DNA of 32,651 bases from positions 1 to 32,651 of the IMG/VR virus record IMGVR_UViG_3300005573_001290; one strand, 5' to 3'. Positions within the stretch are counted from its first letter, which is position 1. Each line of letters opens with the position of its first letter. The position numbers were made by a program, and so were the translations under genes. A model generated the notes under the pieces. That model saw nothing but the letters and a program-made list of their open reading frames with translations, was not told where the DNA came from and made no database searches. This document shows positions 1-9,528 of this stretch, in pieces. This stretch comes from a virus. Its lineage: Duplodnaviria; Caudoviricetes.

Positions 1-495
1 TGTTGTTCATGCCGCGCAAGTGCACCAACTGCATGCCGCCGGTGTCGTACAGATGGGCGAAGCTTCTCTCCATCCGTTCCCCGCGACGTCTCATCAGCGC
101 CTTGGCGGTCCGGCTCTTCAGCCGCCGCCGGTTGGCATACACCGCCGCTTGCGCCGCGTGCGCCGCCGCCTACGTCACGACGGTGCCGGCGTGCGCCCTT
201 CCAGGCTCAAGCCGAAGAACTCCCGCAAACCAAGCGGGTCCGAGACCCGGTAGGCGATGCCGCGCTCCGAGTCGATTCCTTCGAAGTTGCCCAGCAGGAA
301 ACAGCGGAAGCGAGAGGGACGGACTGCCCAGGGCCACGGCGTAGCACTTGCGGAAGATCCGCTCGACGTAGGCATCGAACTTGGCCCGTTCCAAGATCTC
401 ATTCACCCGGCGATAGAAGGGCGGCGAACCGTGACCCCGCTAATGGCCGATCTCAGCCCGAAGGGAGGCCTGCTTCGGCTTCCACCTGGCAGGCG
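1..495 (-). pseudogene. IS5/IS1182-like DDE transposase remnant, frameshifted and internally deleted (5' boundary approximate; runs off the window)
   Basis: N-terminal motifs PFYRRVNEILERAKFDAYVE and, in another frame, GNFEGIDSERGIAYRVSDPLGLREFFGLSLEGRTP are joined near 170 directly to C-terminal motifs AVYANRRRLKSRTAKALMRRRGERMERSFAHLYDTGGMQLVHLRG; the central part is missing. Confidence 0.8.
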
Positions 496-548
496 CGATG
501 CCCGCTTAAGGGCCCAAAACATCGTTACCATAAAATGTTTTCTCGTCT

Positions 549-860
549 TTATCCACGGTTAGCGTACAGGCACAGCTGGTCGTAGTCCCAGAGCCCGATG
601 AGGGGGAGCAGCGTACGGCGTGCGGCCAGGTAGTCGCGATCGTAGGGCCAGCCGGAGTTGAAGTTGCCCATAAGATAGCGGCTGGTCGAGCGGGGCCAGG
701 AGAGGACCTCGAAGGGGTACCCGGCCATCCAGCGGACCTTGTGAAATCGCAGTTTGCGCACTGGCAATCGAAACCCATTGCGGATTTTATCGAAACCGGA
801 GCTGGGCCGGTCTTTCTGAGCGACACGTTGACTGACGGTGCTGCTGGGGATGGGCCGCAT
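549..860 (-). CDS. hypothetical protein or gene fragment
   Basis: ORF of 103 aa with no recognisable motif; may be a decayed fragment. Confidence 0.25.
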   Translation of the reverse strand: MRPIPSSTVSQRVAQKDRPSSGFDKIRNGFRLPVRKLRFHKVRWMAGYPFEVLSWPRSTSRYLMGNFNSGWPYDRDYLAARRTLLPLIGLWDYDQLCLYANRG

Positions 861-915
861 TCTGCCTGCGGCATGCGGCCCGAGGCTTTGACGAAACAGG
901 CAGGGGAGTGAGGTG

Positions 916-1353
916 CTATGCCGAGCCCGGCCTCCTGAGCCACCTGGCCACCCTGATGGCGGCTGGTGATGGGGGCGGCAGACCGGCGAAAGCCAGTGAG
1001 CCGCGCACGTCTCCTTCGCCGTGAGCCAGCCCTGCCAGGCTGTGGCGGATGCTCAGGGCGGCGGCAACGTCGCCATCCCCACCGATCAGCCCGGCGGCGG
1101 ACAGAGCGAGTACTGCCTGGGCAATGGCATCGCAATCGCCGGCGGCCGCACCGAGCAGCGAGATCAGCACGCCGGTGCGAAAGGCGGAGCCCGTTACCTC
1201 TCCATCCCCCTGGGCGGCTCCCTGGACGGAGGCGAGCAGGAACGTGGTCCCGCTGACTGCACCTTCCCCACCAGCCAGACCAGCCACGTCGATGAACCGG
1301 CTGGCGCCGCCGAAGCGGGTTTCACCGAATCTGCCCCTGCCGAACAGTGGCAT
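916..1353 (-). CDS. Gly/Ala-rich tail-associated hypothetical protein
   Basis: Last gene of the coupled operon, GAGG ribosome-binding site (RBS) upstream, repeated A-x-G-[ED]-G-x-V-x-G motifs. Confidence 0.65.
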   Translation of the reverse strand: MPLFGRGRFGETRFGGASRFIDVAGLAGGEGAVSGTTFLLASVQGAAQGDGEVTGSAFRTGVLISLLGAAAGDCDAIAQAVLALSAAGLIGGDGDVAAALSIRHSLAGLAHGEGDVRGSLAFAGLPPPSPAAIRVARWLRRPGSA

Positions 1354-1357
1354 GTCG

Positions 1358-2641
1358 TTACCTCGCCGGACCGGACGTGACCACGATCACCTGGACCGCG
1401 GAGGGCGGTACGGTGTAAGTCACCTCGATGTAAGGTGGATTGCCCCACCCTGGTGCACCAAAAGTCCAAGAGTTAAGCTGCGTCGGCGTGGGAGAGGTTG
1501 AAGATGCAGAGATCCGAATCGCCGTATAGCCGGTCTTGGAGATGTTGCTGGGGTCGAGGAGGACGCCATTCCATACCATTGACTGCGGCGTCCAGGAGGA
1601 TAGAATGCTCCCGCTGACGGGCGTCTGCTGGTACACCTGTTCGCCGGACCAGTTGTTTGGGTTGTACCACTCAATCGCCAGCGTTCGGCTCTCCGGGTTG
1701 GTGATGCTGTTTAAATAGAGGTAGAGTTGGGCTGCGGTGATGGTGGCATTGTCGGGGATGGGCGACGTATCGAACTTGAACGCCAGCAACGCCCAAACGT
1801 AGCTGTACTCGTACCCGGCGGTGACTTCCGCCGGACCCGCAGTTCCCACATACGATGGCACCCACTGTCCGCCGTTCCCATAAGCGCAGATGAATTCCCC
1901 GGCGTAGTAGGTTCCGGTCGGGTCGATGACGTAGGGGAACGCCTCGGGCGGGAGATCAGAATCGTCGCAGGCGAACGCGAACCCTTCAGCGGACGGACTC
2001 CAACCGCTGCATGGATGCCGCTTCCCATTCGCGCCAAGCATCACAGCCCGAGTGATGAGCGTGCCCCCTTCACCCGTGAGATTCCCAGCCTCATCCGGTT
2101 TCAGCGGCCCGGAGATCTGCCATGCGTAGGTCCGCTCTCCGAGAGACTTTGGAATCGGCGCGGAGCGCAGGTCGAAGCCCTGTCCTGTGACCTCGAAGGT
2201 CCAGTCCAGCCCGTAGGCGCTCAGCCGGAACCGGAAGTCGCTCTCGTGTTCCAGCTTCCCCGGCCGCATGGTGAGCGAGTTGACCCACTGGCCGTCCAAC
2301 ACCCGCCAGAACTCCACCACGTCGCCGTCAACTCCACGGGTGATGCGCGTCCGCACCGGCCCGCCCGTCAGCGTCCAGCCGCGGTCGGTTTGCCAGAGTT
2401 GCGGTTCGGCAAGCTGGATTTCGCCCCGCTCATCCCTCCACGTCAAGCCAGAGCCAAACACCGCCCGGTACTGGTTCGGCGCAACCCGGTATGTCACCCC
2501 CGAGAGATCCCGACGCTGCTCGACGGCGCCCTCGATCCGCGCCAGCCTGGGTGATTCGGCCAGCTTGCTGAGCAGGGTCTCGACGCGGTCCTGGGCGGCC
2601 AGCCCGGAGGCAAGCAGGAGAAGGCAAAGACTTTTCCTCAT
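1358..2641 (-). CDS. signal-peptide protein with C-terminal DNRLRE-like carbohydrate-binding domain
   Basis: N-terminus MRKSLCLLLLASGLAA|Q; FPYVIDPT linker; FKFDTSPIPDNATITAAQLYLY ... PYIEVTYT resembles DNRLRE-type beta-sandwich domains. Confidence 0.7.
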   Translation of the reverse strand: MRKSLCLLLLASGLAAQDRVETLLSKLAESPRLARIEGAVEQRRDLSGVTYRVAPNQYRAVFGSGLTWRDERGEIQLAEPQLWQTDRGWTLTGGPVRTRITRGVDGDVVEFWRVLDGQWVNSLTMRPGKLEHESDFRFRLSAYGLDWTFEVTGQGFDLRSAPIPKSLGERTYAWQISGPLKPDEAGNLTGEGGTLITRAVMLGANGKRHPCSGWSPSAEGFAFACDDSDLPPEAFPYVIDPTGTYYAGEFICAYGNGGQWVPSYVGTAGPAEVTAGYEYSYVWALLAFKFDTSPIPDNATITAAQLYLYLNSITNPESRTLAIEWYNPNNWSGEQVYQQTPVSGSILSSWTPQSMVWNGVLLDPSNISKTGYTAIRISASSTSPTPTQLNSWTFGAPGWGNPPYIEVTYTVPPSAVQVIVVTSGPAR

Positions 2642-2642
2642 G

Positions 2643-3911
2643 TCAGTTCACCGTGTACTTGATGGCGATGTTCATACGCCGCAGGCCGGAGCCGACCGAG
2701 ACAGTCACGTGGTCGATCTTGTAGCCGGAGGTGATGCTGGTTTCGCCGCTCACAAACGAGGTCGTCGTGGCCCCCGAAGTCGAGCAGGTCAGGTTGCTCG
2801 ACAGGATGTTGGCCGGTGAGCCGTCGTCACGGCGGAGGTTTATCGAGGCGCTGCCGCCGTTGATCTCGCAGTAGACCTCGGTGATGGTGATGTCCGGCCC
2901 CCGGTTGACGAAGATGCTGTCGATGTCCAGAGTGTCCGGCAGGTCGTTGTTCACGTCGAAGAAGGTGTAGTTGATGACACCCGTCTTGAGCGCAGTCGCC
3001 ACGTCCGCCGTCCCAACCGTGGCGCAGGTCGGCGTTGTCTCGGCATTCAGTCCGCGCACAAACTGGTTCGTGCAGCTTCCGGTGCCGGCCAGCGACGGCT
3101 TGCCGCTGAGCTGGCTCCAGGGCGCCGCGCCGTTCAAGCTGCCGATAAACGTGGTGGCCTTGACGTTGCCCGTGACCTCCAGCTTCTCTGTGGGGGCGTT
3201 GTTCCCGATCCCCAGGCGCTTGTTGGTGTTGTCCCAGTACAGGTTGGCGTTGTCTTGCTCGAAGACATTCGAGGAGGTAATGAACAGCACGGAGCCGGGC
3301 GTCCAGGTCACCCCTCGTCCGGTGCCGCCATAGGCGGTGGAAAGCTGCCCGCTGGTGATCTTGGTGGCCGGAAGGCCTGGGATTTGAGACACGGCCAGCA
3401 AGCCGGAGGCGTCCAGCCCGGCGTAGCCGTTGGCCTGGTTGCGCTGGCTGAGCGCCTGGTAGGTGCCGTCGTGGTTGTGGCCGGCCAGCGCCACGTTGCC
3501 CAAGTTCGCGCCGAGCGAGGATTGCACGGTCTTGAGTTCAGCGGCCAGTTGGTTGTGGTGCCAGGCGTTGATGAAGCCGTCCACGGCGGCCCCGGAGTCA
3601 TGCGCGGCGGCAGTGGTACCGCCGAATCCACGCCCACCGGAACAGACCGTCAGGGTGTTGCCGGCCGCCGAGCAGATCAGAACTAGCTCGGAGTCGATGG
3701 TGACGAGCTCATAGGCGGTGAACTTCGATCCGTCGGCCACTGGGATCGACAGCGTGGTGGAGTTGATCCCTGCCGTGAGGGTGGAGGCAGAGTTGTCGCG
3801 GGCCACCAGCAGGTCTTGATCGGTGGCCAGTTGCGATGGATACTTGGCCGTGTTCGGGTTCTGCGCCAGCAGGCACAGAGACACGAGGATCAGGGGGATC
3901 ACTCTGCGCAT
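2643..3911 (-). CDS. tail-fibre-like protein with N-terminal signal peptide
   Basis: MRRVIPLILVSLCLLA|Q; fibre-type motifs GHNHDGTY, ANGYAGLDASG, QDNANLYWDNTNKRLGIGNNAPTEKLEVTGNV, PWSQLSGKP. Confidence 0.7.
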   Translation of the reverse strand: MRRVIPLILVSLCLLAQNPNTAKYPSQLATDQDLLVARDNSASTLTAGINSTTLSIPVADGSKFTAYELVTIDSELVLICSAAGNTLTVCSGGRGFGGTTAAAHDSGAAVDGFINAWHHNQLAAELKTVQSSLGANLGNVALAGHNHDGTYQALSQRNQANGYAGLDASGLLAVSQIPGLPATKITSGQLSTAYGGTGRGVTWTPGSVLFITSSNVFEQDNANLYWDNTNKRLGIGNNAPTEKLEVTGNVKATTFIGSLNGAAPWSQLSGKPSLAGTGSCTNQFVRGLNAETTPTCATVGTADVATALKTGVINYTFFDVNNDLPDTLDIDSIFVNRGPDITITEVYCEINGGSASINLRRDDGSPANILSSNLTCSTSGATTTSFVSGETSITSGYKIDHVTVSVGSGLRRMNIAIKYTVN

Positions 3912-3912
3912 A

Positions 3913-4278
3913 TCAACTCTCCTGAATCTGAAGCTGTCCGGCCTTGAATCGAAGCTGCTGCCCCGCGCTCACCGTGACCGGCCCGCCGGTGAATGTGTCC
4001 ACATAGCGCAGCGCCCCTCCCACCACCCGGATGCCGAACCCCACGACCGTGCCCCAGGCCGAAGTTGCCTCCGGGAATAGGATCTCAGCCGTGTTCGCGC
4101 ACTGGCCGTTGCTGGGGACGCTCAGTGTGATTGCCTGCCGCTGGTACTCCGGGGCGGAGACCTCCACGCCGCCGGAGTCGTTCTTGTCCGTCAGGGTGGT
4201 GTAGAGCGCCACTTCGAGGGATTGCGACCGCAGATCGTTGAGGATCTGATTGGCCCAGGCGTAGCTCTTATCGCCCAT
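3913..4278 (-). CDS. phage tail-fibre-associated protein
   Basis: LEVALYT...GGVEVSAPEYQRQAIT...FPEATSAWGTVVGFGI is a motif set common in small siphophage tail-region proteins; AAGGA RBS. Confidence 0.75.
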   Translation of the reverse strand: MGDKSYAWANQILNDLRSQSLEVALYTTLTDKNDSGGVEVSAPEYQRQAITLSVPSNGQCANTAEILFPEATSAWGTVVGFGIRVVGGALRYVDTFTGGPVTVSAGQQLRFKAGQLQIQES

Positions 4279-4287
4279 GTTGCGTCC

Positions 4288-4596
4288 TTACTTCCCCGGC
4301 TCTTGCTTCAGCAGGCTTCGCTCAGATCTCACGGCGGGCTTGGCTGCCGCGAGCATGGCCCGTTGCGCGGCTTCAAGTTGCTGTCGCGCCTGAATCATCT
4401 CCGGCGTCGGATTGGCCTCCAAGATGCGCACAAAGTTTTGCGCCAAGACCTCTTCGATGTATTGCTCAGGCCCCTCGAACAGCGGCTCGGAGATCACCGC
4501 GCCGTTCTCCAGTTGACGCGGCGGCTTGCGCAGGCCGCAGATGTGCTCGGCGATGGCGTTGAAGGTGTTGTCGTCGATTTCAATGGTGATGGTCAT
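4288..4596 (-). CDS. hypothetical protein, possible tail/fibre assembly chaperone
   Basis: Starts immediately after the stop of the large tail gene, GGAG RBS, helical C-terminus. Confidence 0.7.
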   Translation of the reverse strand: MTITIEIDDNTFNAIAEHICGLRKPPRQLENGAVISEPLFEGPEQYIEEVLAQNFVRILEANPTPEMIQARQQLEAAQRAMLAAAKPAVRSERSLLKQEPGK

Positions 4597-7500
4597 TTAA
4601 CTCACTCCTACGAGCCAGCCCCGTTTGAACGTGAGGGTGGCCGTCGTGTCATCTGGCTTCTTCACCTGGACGGCGCCGGTGAAGGCAGGGCTGTCGTCCA
4701 CAGTTACATTCATGTTCTTGACGGACATGGTTGCGAGTTGCCCCGCGGTTGCGTCTATCCGAAATTCGCTAACCTGGCCTGGCACGCTGGACCAAATACT
4801 GAGACTGCACCCAGTTACGCCCGTAACTGGGTAGCGGGATGCTTGAACAAAAAACTGAGCAAACTGACCGGACGAATTTTGGCCAGCATCCACCAGCAAG
4901 TTCGCAAGTAGCACCTCTGGAATCAATCCCCCACCCCCACCTGGATTGTGACCCCTGGTAAGAAGCAGGCGGGGGTATGATCCGCCGTCGGCAGCCCTGA
5001 TGTCGATTCCGCCGCTTCCCAACACGGTTCGGCTGCGCTTGCTGGCGTCGATGCTTGCGCTTGTCTCCGTCAGCACGACAATCTGCGTGGATGCCGGCGT
5101 CACCGAGAAAGTCTGGGACCGGTTTACGCCGAAAGAGTCCGTCCACGACCCGGATGCCTGGATCGTGGCATCATTCAGCGACACGTTCCCGTTGACATCC
5201 GCAATCAATGGGGCGTTCGAGTAACTCGTCCCGCCGATGCGGGCGGTCTTGAACCATGCGCCCTCATTCGTCCCCTCGACACCAATGAAGCCGATCTGTT
5301 GGCCGAGCGCGTTGTAGACTCCGAACTTCCCCGGCTTGTTCCCACCGCCGCCGACCATGATCTCGTTGGTGGCGAGTTTGTCGCTCGACACAGTGCCAGC
5401 TACGATCAGACTGCCGTTGAACTGCCAGACCTTGAACTTCCCATCGGTTACGGTGAAGATATCCGGGTCGTAGCTGGTCGGCTTGGCTCGGGAGAGATCA
5501 AGCTGGCCGGCCGCGTTGCCCACGATGATGGATTGCCAGGGAGTTCCGGCTCCGATCGCGGGCGTGTTCATGCGCCCGTTCACGTCGAAGCTGACGGCGG
5601 CGACGTAGAACGTGGTCGGCGTAATGCCCACCGGCAGCTCGAACGTCAGGGGCGACCTGGAGCCCTCCACCCGTCCGATGTAGACCGCGAAATCGGTCGT
5701 GGTGCGGATGCTCACCCCTCCCCAGCGGGGATCATTCGGCGGGGTGAAGGTACAGGTGACCACCGCCCGGGCGGTCCCGTCCGCCGTCGCCGGGTAGGAG
5801 ACCGAGGCGTTGAAGCCAGTGACATGAGCGCACCACTCCGCAGGCGCGTTGTCTGAGGTTGGAGCCGGGATCTGAATGGTCTGCGCAGGTGTCACGCCAC
5901 CCACATAGCTGTTCACGCGGTTGTTGGTGTCTACACTGCGGGCGTAGAAGGTGGCGTTGGCCGCAGATGACGGGAAATTGGTTGTCTCCCAGGCGAAACT
6001 CGTCCCGCGCTCGAAGCTGGCAAGCTGGTAGGTGCGGCCATCGATCCAGTTGACATAAAGCGCCACCCCGCCGAAGCGCGGATCGGAGGGGTTGGACCAC
6101 GACAGATTGACCCGCAGCACCCGCTGGCCCTGGCCGTTGACCGCGTAAGCCGGGCTCGCGACGGCGGCAGTGAACCCCGTCACCAGATCGGCGTACTCCC
6201 GCCCGGCGTCGCCGGTGAGCCGCTGGATCGTCAGCGCCACTGATGGAGTGGAGCCAGGCACGACGGCGCCCACCGTCCCATCGCCATAGACCGGGACGGC
6301 GTAGACAGTAATGTTCTTGGCCGCCTGGGGTACGGGCCAGGACTGGGAAGCGAACGAGGAGGCGCCCTCGGGAGCGTCGGCCACGGTGATGTCCGCCGAC
6401 TCCCACCCGCGCATGAGGATGCGCACGCCCTTGTAGCGCGGCGTCGTGGGATTCGTCCAAGAGCCCCTCAGCCGGAACTGCTGGTCGCCGCTCTCGGTGA
6501 TCTCGTAGACGGCCTCGGCAGCGAAGTTCGAGACGTAATCCGCCCTCGGCAGGGTCATCAACTGCACGGTCAGGCCAAGCGGATTGCCTTCGGCGTCCCG
6601 ATTGAGTGTCCCGAAGCGGCTGATGCTGGCGCAGATCAGCGTCCAGGTCTGAGGCGGCTGCGGGATGCTTTCAGGCTCAATGGCGATGGTGTCGTAGAGG
6701 TACGGGACCTGCTGACCTCCCCCCTCCACCCGGCGCGGCAGCGTGAACTGGGTCTGCGGAATCGGATCGGTGGCCGGCGTGTAGTCGTAGCCTCCTCCCG
6801 TACGAGGCGATTTGATCCAGACCTGCACCCCGGACCAGTTGGTGCGGTCTTCGGGCGCAAGACAGGCCCAGTCGATCAGCATCCGCTGGCGGTGGTCGTC
6901 CCAGTACATCTCCGGTGCAAACTGCCCGTCCTGCTGCAATCTCCCGGCGCGGAAGACCTTGACGTGGGGGGCCTGGCTGTAGCCAGGCTCAACCGGCACC
7001 TCACTCGGCGGCACGTCCGCCGGTTTCGGCCCGATCGCCAGGTCGTACATCGAGTCCGTGGTGGTCCGGCCCTCGATCTCGATGGAGTAATCCTTGTTCA
7101 GCCGCCAGCCGGTGACCCGGAACTCGCCCGCGCCGCCAGGCATGTCGGGATGGGTGAGCGAGCAGACCATGCCGGGCTCGGTGTTGAGAGCCAGCACGGT
7201 GGTCTTGAAGGCGACCTGGCGCGCGGCTTTCCATTCGGCCGGCGTGATGCCTCCGAGCTCTTCGCGCAGCCGGGTGGTGAGAATTCGGGCTGCCTGAGAC
7301 TTGGATGCGGTGCCGGCCAGATTGAGGTTCGCCTTAAGGTAGAGCGGCCCGGACCCGCCGCCCAACAGCGACGCATGATCGGCGTCGTAAAGCGAGATGG
7401 AGTTGCCGGCGAAGTCAAACTCCTCATCGGCGAAGTTGGCCGTCAGGTGGTTGAAGCTGGGCTTGAGCGGCGCAAGCTGTAGGCTGCGGAACAGGATGTT

Positions 7501-9441
7501 GCCTTCGGTGAAGGCCTCCACGGTCGAGGAGTTCACCCGAATGCCCAGCTTCAGCTTGCCGTTGGCGAAGGTGTAGTAGCCCAGGCAGTTGGCCAGGACC
7601 TCCTGGAGCCAGTCGCGCAGCGGCTTCTCTTCTTGAAGCGCGCCCCGGAACTTGAACTGAGTCTCCTGGTTGATCTCCTGCCACTCGTAGTGACCTTCCG
7701 GCTCATGCCATTGGCCCTGCTCGTCGTAGTAGCCCGGAGCATCCTCGACCCAGACCTTGACCTTGCGCGGGAACAGGCTGGTCACCGTTTGGTCGCAGAT
7801 CTGGGCAGCGGCTATGGCCGCATCGACGTCGAAGTACTGCTCACAGACCGATGCGCTGGCAAACCGTAGGCCCCGCGCCCGGAGCAGCATGTTGACCGCG
7901 ATCCAGATGGGATTTGTAAGACCAGGAATCCATGCCCGCTGACCCGGCGCACTCCACGCCCATCCCCCGAGGCCTTGGTTGATGACGGCCTGCATGGAGT
8001 GCTCCTCGAGCTTCGAGGGTTGAAAGCCCTTCTGGTCCATGCGCCGGATCATCAGGAAGGCCGTGCCGGCGGCCCGCTCGGGTGCGTTGTCGGTGTCGAA
8101 GCCGAACGTCAGCGGATTCGGGTCCGGCCCAGTGTTGAAGTACAGCCCCAAGTCGCCCGGCCCGTGGTGAAGTTGGTTGTCGAGCGTGTGGCCTGTTCCG
8201 AAGGCGCCGATCGGCCCCTCGCCCACGATCCCCACGGCGGCGTAGAAGTCCGACTCTTCCCGGCCCATGGCGATCTTGCAGTTGACCGGCATGGCCGAAT
8301 CCGTGTAAATCTCCGGCACCACCTGGTCGTAGATGGACTCAGACACCAACGACGTGCTGGTAATGGTGGACCGCCGGAAGCCCCATGTTCCCGTCGAGTT
8401 GTCCTTGATGCGAACACTCTGCGGCTTGGCGAGGATGCCTCCGAAGTAGTTGTCCATGCCATGAGCCCGGCAGCCGCTCGGCGTATCGAAGCCCTTGTCG
8501 CAGGACGTGTCCGGGCCGCTGTACGGGCAGCTTACGCCGTCCTTAAACTGCTTCCAGCAAGTGCGGGAGATCTTCCGGGTAGGGTACGGCAGGTTGAGTT
8601 CGTAGAGACCGTCTGCGGCAATGAGATGAAACTCCGGCCCCTGGTCGCAGGACCAGTTGACCACATGCCCCTGCCACAGATCAAGCTTGATCCCAGTGCC
8701 GACGTGGTAGAGCGAGAACTGAACCGCCGCCCGGTACAGATCCACGTCGTTGGCCAGATCGCGCATGACCCGGTCGGCGTTGCCGAAGGTGAACTGGGCC
8801 TCATCGGACTCCCCGCCGAGAGACTGGGAGATCCCCTCAAACTCGACGAGCCGCGCCTGGTAGAGTTGGCCGCCGATGGTGCAGCGCCGGTCGGAGAGGT
8901 AGATCGCCGGGTAGCTTGGCTGGAGCGGTTGAATCTTTACGAGTGGGATAATCTCCTGCACCTGGGACAACAGCGCGGTCTGGAGTGCGGCTGGCGGGAA
9001 GCGGTTGACGGTCTGACTGAGCGGATAGGACGGGTTCCCGGCGGGGATTTCGACCAGCGTCACGCCGATTGAGCAGGCCCAATCCGCTACCATCTCCCAG
9101 GAGAGCGGCTCATTGGCAAAGCGGCATGTGACCGGCGTGGTCCCGATACCGTTGTCGTTCGGAGCGTTGAACGTGAACGCGCCGTAAGGCCCGTACTTCG
9201 TCTCCCAGAAGTCGCGAAGCGCTATGCGATCGGCGTCCCGGAGTGCCTGCTTGCGGACGGTGAATCGCCGGGCGCCGGTGCCGAGCAAAAGCCTTTGCTC
9301 GATCTTGGCATTGCCGCTTCCGAACGGATGCACTACGACCTCATGGTCACGGCGCACCTCCAGCGGGTAGTCCGGCACGAGCGGGAACGTTCCGGATGGC
9401 GTAATCTCCGGGACTGGTATGTTGCCGATATAGTCAGGCAA
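4597..9441 (-). CDS. large tail-tip / central tail fibre (host-specificity) protein, 1614 aa, TTG start
   Basis: N-terminal distal-tail-like segment; Cys motif CWKQFKDGVSCPY...CDK...C...H; NPIWIAV and QFKFRGALQEEKPLRDWL tail-tip motifs; four Fn3/Ig-like repeats; GGAG 10 nt upstream of TTG. Confidence 0.85.
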   Translation of the reverse strand: MPDYIGNIPVPEITPSGTFPLVPDYPLEVRRDHEVVVHPFGSGNAKIEQRLLLGTGARRFTVRKQALRDADRIALRDFWETKYGPYGAFTFNAPNDNGIGTTPVTCRFANEPLSWEMVADWACSIGVTLVEIPAGNPSYPLSQTVNRFPPAALQTALLSQVQEIIPLVKIQPLQPSYPAIYLSDRRCTIGGQLYQARLVEFEGISQSLGGESDEAQFTFGNADRVMRDLANDVDLYRAAVQFSLYHVGTGIKLDLWQGHVVNWSCDQGPEFHLIAADGLYELNLPYPTRKISRTCWKQFKDGVSCPYSGPDTSCDKGFDTPSGCRAHGMDNYFGGILAKPQSVRIKDNSTGTWGFRRSTITSTSLVSESIYDQVVPEIYTDSAMPVNCKIAMGREESDFYAAVGIVGEGPIGAFGTGHTLDNQLHHGPGDLGLYFNTGPDPNPLTFGFDTDNAPERAAGTAFLMIRRMDQKGFQPSKLEEHSMQAVINQGLGGWAWSAPGQRAWIPGLTNPIWIAVNMLLRARGLRFASASVCEQYFDVDAAIAAAQICDQTVTSLFPRKVKVWVEDAPGYYDEQGQWHEPEGHYEWQEINQETQFKFRGALQEEKPLRDWLQEVLANCLGYYTFANGKLKLGIRVNSSTVEAFTEGNILFRSLQLAPLKPSFNHLTANFADEEFDFAGNSISLYDADHASLLGGGSGPLYLKANLNLAGTASKSQAARILTTRLREELGGITPAEWKAARQVAFKTTVLALNTEPGMVCSLTHPDMPGGAGEFRVTGWRLNKDYSIEIEGRTTTDSMYDLAIGPKPADVPPSEVPVEPGYSQAPHVKVFRAGRLQQDGQFAPEMYWDDHRQRMLIDWACLAPEDRTNWSGVQVWIKSPRTGGGYDYTPATDPIPQTQFTLPRRVEGGGQQVPYLYDTIAIEPESIPQPPQTWTLICASISRFGTLNRDAEGNPLGLTVQLMTLPRADYVSNFAAEAVYEITESGDQQFRLRGSWTNPTTPRYKGVRILMRGWESADITVADAPEGASSFASQSWPVPQAAKNITVYAVPVYGDGTVGAVVPGSTPSVALTIQRLTGDAGREYADLVTGFTAAVASPAYAVNGQGQRVLRVNLSWSNPSDPRFGGVALYVNWIDGRTYQLASFERGTSFAWETTNFPSSAANATFYARSVDTNNRVNSYVGGVTPAQTIQIPAPTSDNAPAEWCAHVTGFNASVSYPATADGTARAVVTCTFTPPNDPRWGGVSIRTTTDFAVYIGRVEGSRSPLTFELPVGITPTTFYVAAVSFDVNGRMNTPAIGAGTPWQSIIVGNAAGQLDLSRAKPTSYDPDIFTVTDGKFKVWQFNGSLIVAGTVSSDKLATNEIMVGGGGNKPGKFGVYNALGQQIGFIGVEGTNEGAWFKTARIGGTSYSNAPLIADVNGNVSLNDATIQASGSWTDSFGVNRSQTFSVTPASTQIVVLTETSASIDASKRSRTVLGSGGIDIRAADGGSYPRLLLTRGHNPGGGGGLIPEVLLANLLVDAGQNSSGQFAQFFVQASRYPVTGVTGCSLSIWSSVPGQVSEFRIDATAGQLATMSVKNMNVTVDDSPAFTGAVQVKKPDDTTATLTFKRGWLVGVS

Positions 9442-9493
9442 GTTGGTTTATCTCCGGGAGGCAGACGGCGCGGCGGCTGGACCGCACCCGGGC

Positions 9494-9522
9494 TTGACGT
9501 AGTGCACAGTTGTGCATACTAT
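9494..9522 (+). promoter_or_regulatory. sigma70-type promoter of brnTA with operator-like palindrome
   Basis: TTGACG-17 bp-TACTAT; spacer contains TGCACA-gt-TGTGCA; GTG start 6 nt after the -10 box. Confidence 0.75.
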
Positions 9523-9528
9523 TGGAAG

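Noticed and set aside
916-9441. Diversity-generating retroelement acting on tail fibres
   Set aside because: No reverse transcriptase ORF and no template/variable repeat pair with adenine-specific mismatches in the window; the DUF4926 repeat has only one mismatch.
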